A stretch of DNA of 64,000 bases from IMG/VR virus record IMGVR_UViG_3300045988_056969, positions 46,751 through 110,750 of that record, one strand, 5' to 3'. The translations under genes and the position numbers were made by a program. Below, in pieces: positions 59,580-64,000 of this stretch. Below the pieces are notes generated by a model. It was not told the DNA's origin and did not search any database. It saw nothing but the letters and a program-made list of their open reading frames with translations. The stretch is from a virus. Position 1 is the first letter of the stretch. Each line of letters starts with the position of its first letter.

Positions 59580-60275
59580 ATGGCATTTAATTTTGGTATA
59601 TCAGCAGACTCAGCAGTAAGAAACACACGTCGTCCTTTAACTCCTTGGAACATCCATGATGTAAAATTCATGGGATGTGAAATCAAAGAATTTGATGGTA
59701 AAAAGGATCCAACGGCTCATTATAAAGTTCTAGCAATCAACTTTGAGAACGAAGAGGGTTACTTCTCTGTAACCCAATTCTTCCCTAAAGCTGGCGATGA
59801 TGAGAGACGTGAGTTTGATAGTAAGAATGGTGGAAAGGTTATCATGCCTTCCAACTTCGAGACTTTGATGGCTGTAGTTAAGCAGACTGCACAGGTTCTC
59901 AATCCTGCAGGATTTGAAAAGATGCAAGCAGCTAGCTCTAAATTTAGGAGCTTCGATGATGTAGCTAAGGCTCTGATTACTATAACTGAAAAAGTTAAAG
60001 GTACAGAGACTAAGTTGAAGTTGATTGGTAGAAACCGTGATGGTAAAGTAGTTGCTGATATACCTCGTATCGTAGGTATTAACAAACAAGGTGAGTCGTT
60101 CATCTCTGATAACTATATTGGTGACAAGCTGTTCTTCTCTGACTATGAGGAGGGAGAACGTCAGAAGTATCTGAAAGCTAAGCCTACCGAAATGAAGTCA
60201 GAAGACCCGATTGCAGATGTTGCCGGTGTAGATGCTGCACCAGGAAATGACTTCGATCTTGACAACTTGCTATAA
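59580..60275 (+). CDS. Possible single-stranded-DNA-binding protein (acidic C-terminal tail DFDLDNLL)
   Basis: Position in the replication module and the acidic tail only. Confidence 0.35.
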   Translation: MAFNFGISADSAVRNTRRPLTPWNIHDVKFMGCEIKEFDGKKDPTAHYKVLAINFENEEGYFSVTQFFPKAGDDERREFDSKNGGKVIMPSNFETLMAVVKQTAQVLNPAGFEKMQAASSKFRSFDDVAKALITITEKVKGTETKLKLIGRNRDGKVVADIPRIVGINKQGESFISDNYIGDKLFFSDYEEGERQKYLKAKPTEMKSEDPIADVAGVDAAPGNDFDLDNLL

Positions 60276-60309
60276 TGATTTGTTAGTAGAGTAATTCATA
60301 AATTCCTTA

Positions 60310-61329
60310 GTGACTATGTTTGATTATACTTTTGAACCCAAAATTACTAAGGAATTTCTTCTATCTAAGAACAATGAGGAGACTTACATGACTTATTATC
60401 TGGGTATTCCAGTTAAGAAAGGACTGTTCAAGTCTCCTTTGCGTAGTGACAGTCATGTCACCTGCAGCTTTTTTAGAGGAAAATCTGGAAACTTATATTT
60501 TAAGGACTTTGCTTCCGGAAAATGTTTGACATTCGAAGGGGTAGTTATGGAAAAGTATAATTGTAACTATCACACTGCTTTAAAGATTATAGCTAAGGAC
60601 TTTGGATATACTAAGGATTCTCCTGTAAAGAAGATTGCAGTAAAAATCCAGCCGAAATTTGAGGAAGAAAAACAAACCTTCATCCAAATAGAAGCTAAGG
60701 AGTTCTCAGAACCTGAGTTGAAGTGGTGGGGAAGCTTTGGTATTACTAAAGATATTCTACATAGGTTTAAGGTATACAGTTGTAGTACTGTATTCTTAAA
60801 TGGAAATATATATGCACAGTCTGCCCAACATAGTCCTATCTATGGATATTATTTTGGGAAGAAAGAGAACATCGAGCAATGGCGTATTTATATGCCAAAA
60901 CGAAAGGAGTTTAGATTCATAGGTAATGTTTCTACTAAGACTATTCAAGGCTATAAACAATTAGCTAAGACTGGAAAACTGGTAGTAATAACTAAGTCTA
61001 TGAAAGATGTAATGTGTTTATATTCTTTAGGAATACCAGCTATAGCTCCCAACTCTGAGACTCAGTTTGTTTCTGACAAAGTTTTAGAAGAATTAAAGCA
61101 GAGATTCAAATACATTGTGTTGCTATATGATAATGACCTAACTGGAGTTCGTTTTACTAATAAGATTAGGAAACAACATCCAGAATTAATCGTATCAATG
61201 ATTCCCAGAAACACAGGAGCTAAGGATATAAGTGATTACTATAGGGACTATGGAAGAAAAGCTACTCAGGAGCTGATTAAGTTAACTATTGACAAATTTA
61301 AAAGAAATGGTATTTTACGTAGTAATTAA
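60310..61329 (+). CDS. DNA primase (zinc-binding plus TOPRIM domains)
   Basis: SDSHVTCSFFRGKSGNLYF...GKC zinc motif; TOPRIM region LVVITKSMKDVMC...LLYDNDLTG. Confidence 0.7.
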   Translation: MTMFDYTFEPKITKEFLLSKNNEETYMTYYLGIPVKKGLFKSPLRSDSHVTCSFFRGKSGNLYFKDFASGKCLTFEGVVMEKYNCNYHTALKIIAKDFGYTKDSPVKKIAVKIQPKFEEEKQTFIQIEAKEFSEPELKWWGSFGITKDILHRFKVYSCSTVFLNGNIYAQSAQHSPIYGYYFGKKENIEQWRIYMPKRKEFRFIGNVSTKTIQGYKQLAKTGKLVVITKSMKDVMCLYSLGIPAIAPNSETQFVSDKVLEELKQRFKYIVLLYDNDLTGVRFTNKIRKQHPELIVSMIPRNTGAKDISDYYRDYGRKATQELIKLTIDKFKRNGILRSN

Positions 61330-61524
61330 TGATACTGGAGAAAACTTTATTTCTGGAGACGAAGAAGCACTAATATCCAAATTTCCTAGACAGACAGTAT
61401 ATAGGTGTGAGCTTCCAGCCGGAGCGTGTGTAAATACACAAGACTTATTGGACTTTATAAATGAGCAACTCGTTATTGACTAGAGAAACCCTAGAGATGT
61501 AAAGTTAATGAAAAAATAAATAGA

Positions 61525-62079
61525 ATAAACGGAATGAAAAAGTAGACTAATACAAGTGTTACAGCTACATTTAAAAATGGAGAAAAGAAAACCTTCGAAA
61601 CTATAGAAGAAGCCTCAGAAGTAACTGGCTTAGAGATAAACTCTATTAAAGCTAGGGCTAATAAACCTGGCTCTGGAGCTAAATCGAAAGATGGAATTAC
61701 CTTTGAATGGGCAGATCCTGCAGTTAGAAGAAGTAAGCAAGCGAAGAAAAGTAAACAAAAAGGTTCTCAATATGAGTTAGAAATAATTCATAAATTGAGA
61801 GATGTTGGATATGAAGGATGTGTATCTAGTAGAAGCCAGAACAAACTGGCTGATGCTGACAAAATAGATATTGTTGATATGAACAATGAACTTCCAGTTA
61901 ATATCCAAGCCAAGTTTACCCAAAATATGCCAAACTATTTTGACATTAGGGACGCTTGTAGTGATAAATCTAAACCGTTCTGTATATGTTGGAAGAAGGC
62001 AGGAAAGAACGGGGCACCTAGCGTGGGTCAAGTAGCTGTAATACCTATAGAATATTTTTATGAATTGCTTAAGAAATGA
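61525..62079 (+). CDS. NUMOD1-containing nuclease-like protein (185 aa) with TAG at codon 4; track ORF 61795-62079 is its C-terminal part
   Basis: MKK-Q-TNTSVTATFKNGEKKTFETIEEASEVTGLEINSIKARANK (NUMOD1 helix-turn-helix pattern) continues in frame into YELEIIHKLRDVGYEG...KIDIVD. Confidence 0.4.
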
Positions 62080-62324
62080 AAAAGTTAATAGTTAAAGGTC
62101 CAATTCCTACGATTAAGAACTGTGTAGTTAATGACTTTGATGACGAGTATGCCCTCTATTTGAGGACAGCTAAGAAGAATTGGAGAACTGAGGAAGCATT
62201 TTCTCTAGAATTTGACTCTACATTATCTGATTTGAAAAAGAGTCACTTTGTCTACGTGGATAGAGAAGACCTTGAACTTTTAATTAAGAAGCGATTAAAT
62301 GTTATTGAAGTAATCGAGTTATGA
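62076..62324 (+). CDS. Hypothetical protein
   Basis: ORF track. Confidence 0.4.
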   Translation: MKKLIVKGPIPTIKNCVVNDFDDEYALYLRTAKKNWRTEEAFSLEFDSTLSDLKKSHFVYVDREDLELLIKKRLNVIEVIEL

Positions 62325-62542
62325 ACACATATTTATTTCCATGGCATACAGATGAAGTCTGTAGAATTGGTAAAGTGGTAGCTAGAAGCTACGAGGATTG
62401 TGAAGAAAAAATAAAGAGTATGTATATAAATAAGTACGACGATTTAGATGATCTTCTGGATTATGATGATTTCTGCGAAGAACTTGCCGATAAACATGGG
62501 ATATATTTAGGAGAAGTATCTGAGATAAATGAATTTATGTAA
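62321..62542 (+). CDS. Hypothetical acidic protein
   Basis: ORF track. Confidence 0.4.
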   Translation: MNTYLFPWHTDEVCRIGKVVARSYEDCEEKIKSMYINKYDDLDDLLDYDDFCEELADKHGIYLGEVSEINEFM

Positions 62543-63047
62543 TCCATTAAGGATAGCGTTAGACTTGGATGACACAATCTTCGATTTCTGGGGAGCATAT
62601 AAAACACTATTCCCTAGAGAATCAGATTTAGTCGAGCACGTAATTACACGAAACGTAGTAAGTCTTCGCTACAACAAGGAGTTTTGGGAAAATTTACCCT
62701 TGCTAGAAAAGCCGAATTTCGAGCCGCATATTTATGCGACTAAAAGAATTAACAGTAAAACTTATACTCGAAATTGTCTAGCTAAATACAATTTACCCAT
62801 AAGACCTATTTATCAAATGTATTATCAGCACGGAAACAAGGCTGACTTGATAAAAGGCAAATGCGATGTATTAATCGACGACAGTATTAGTAATGTGACT
62901 ATGGCAATAAACTCTGGACTTCCAGCATTGCTAATAGATAGGCCACATAACCAGAATGGAGATCCTTTATTCCGCATTTATAGTTTAGATATTGACGAAA
63001 TTAGATTTGCATATGAATTAGAATTAGCAACTTTAGGATGGAATTAA
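62529..63047 (+). CDS. HAD-superfamily 5'(3')-deoxyribonucleotidase-like
   Basis: Motif I ALDLDDTIFD (DxDxT) and a distal LIDDS. Confidence 0.5.
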   Translation: MNLCNPLRIALDLDDTIFDFWGAYKTLFPRESDLVEHVITRNVVSLRYNKEFWENLPLLEKPNFEPHIYATKRINSKTYTRNCLAKYNLPIRPIYQMYYQHGNKADLIKGKCDVLIDDSISNVTMAINSGLPALLIDRPHNQNGDPLFRIYSLDIDEIRFAYELELATLGWN

Positions 63048-64000
63048 AAGATATCAAGCTTAGGCCGCTGCTAGACACACTAAGATTGGAGAAGATAAGT
63101 GATAAGGTATATTTTTCTGAACAGTACAGTGGATACGTTAGTAATTCCCGTTTAGGATTAATTAATCCTCGGCAGGATGGTAATCCAGATAAATTCTTTA
63201 CTGGGTTTAAAAATACTTTCTCTTCTGCTCTGGAACTTGGAAGTGCTGTACACGAATTGGTGCTACAGCCAGATAGTTTTGAACTGTCAGAAGACATTGG
63301 TAAACCTACTGCAAAGTTAGGAGCAATGGCTAATGAACTCTATCCCGTTTTTCTAAAAGGAGAAGTGACATTTGACGATGTAAAGAAAGCATCAGACAAG
63401 GTCGAATATTATAAGGGAAAGCTTACCAAGGAACTAGCTAAATCTGTGATTGAAGCTTCTACTAACTATTGGAAGAATAGACAGCTAAAAGAATTTGATT
63501 TAACACAAGATAAGGAAATTATATATCTTGACAACAAATCACTAGAAATCGTAAAGTCTTGTGTATCAGCATTAAATAGCAATAAGCAAGTGCAGAAACT
63601 TTTACATCCTGAAGGGATAACTAAAACACCTATTTCTGAAAATGAGCAAGCTATTTTATTGGACGTGGAAGCTACTTGTCCCAACGGCAAGAAGTTCATT
63701 TTGCACTTAAAGTCCAAATTAGATAATTATACCATAGATATGGAGACTAACACTATTGTAGTGAATGATATAAAAACTATTGGTAAGATTGTCAGTGAAA
63801 TCGACAATAATATCAAGAAGTTTCATTACAGTAGAGAGTTTGCAATGTATTTATATCTTCTGAAGCTATGTGCTGAGAAGTTCTATCACCTAAAGAATCC
63901 TAAAATCCAAGCTAATTACTTGGTAGTTTCTACTATTCCAAACTTTTATAGTAAGGTTAGACCGGTTACTTATGGAGAATTACGTGAGGGATTTCATGAG
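63038..64000 (+). CDS. Hypothetical protein, possibly a PD-(D/E)XK-type nuclease; runs off the window end (partial)
   Basis: ATG at 63038 and an open frame to the window end; D...E.K-like LLDVEATC...LHLKSK. Confidence 0.35.
   Translation, partial: MELKDIKLRPLLDTLRLEKISDKVYFSEQYSGYVSNSRLGLINPRQDGNPDKFFTGFKNTFSSALELGSAVHELVLQPDSFELSEDIGKPTAKLGAMANELYPVFLKGEVTFDDVKKASDKVEYYKGKLTKELAKSVIEASTNYWKNRQLKEFDLTQDKEIIYLDNKSLEIVKSCVSALNSNKQVQKLLHPEGITKTPISENEQAILLDVEATCPNGKKFILHLKSKLDNYTIDMETNTIVVNDIKTIGKIVSEIDNNIKKFHYSREFAMYLYLLKLCAEKFYHLKNPKIQANYLVVSTIPNFYSKVRPVTYGELREGFHE

Overview
This window reads as a segment of a tailed-phage genome, most likely a Crassvirales-like phage of a Bacteroidota host. 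The host assignment is inference from AT-rich Bacteroides-type coding, lipoprotein signal peptides and the gene content. Three blocks are visible. (1) Positions 1-20.9 kb: a minus-strand late/structural module that includes the large terminase and a complete diversity-generating retroelement (DGR: reverse transcriptase, template repeat TR, variable repeat VR). These genes are only contiguous if TAG (amber) is read as a sense codon. The six-frame ORF track shatters them at TAG, whereas TAA and TGA still act as stops. A suppressor tRNA with anticodon CTA sits at 20305-20376 on the minus strand, next to a divergent AT-rich intergenic region. (2) Positions 21-44 kb: plus-strand early genes that use TAG as a genuine stop. 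They are followed by a tRNA island of about 22 tRNAs that also carries several embedded elements. These are homing-endonuclease-like genes (GIY-YIG, PD-(D/E)xK/YraN-like) whose frames contain TAG codons; a tRNA gene split in its anticodon loop by a 0.5-kb insertion; a second, remote DGR target gene; an RlmN/Cfr-like radical-SAM RNA methyltransferase; and an NfeD-flotillin membrane operon. (3) Positions 44-64 kb: a further membrane/NAD-metabolism and DNA-replication module. It contains a lipoprotein, an OmpA-like outer-membrane protein, an SPFH lipoprotein, RNase H, an NAMPT-like plus PRPP-synthetase-like pair, an SF2 helicase, a DnaB-like helicase, a DNA primase, an SSB-like protein and an AAA-family ATPase. 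A further hidden TAG-containing gene lies at 61525-62079. The most notable systems are the late-gene-specific TAG recoding with its cognate suppressor tRNA, and the two-target DGR whose RT itself depends on TAG read-through. Also notable are the intron/insertion-bearing tRNA with TAG-recoded nucleases, and a conserved stem-loop RNA motif (loop GTTCGTGAGAATAG) with compensatory stem changes next to tRNAs. All coordinates come from hand reading, so tRNA ends and gene starts may be off by a few nucleotides.
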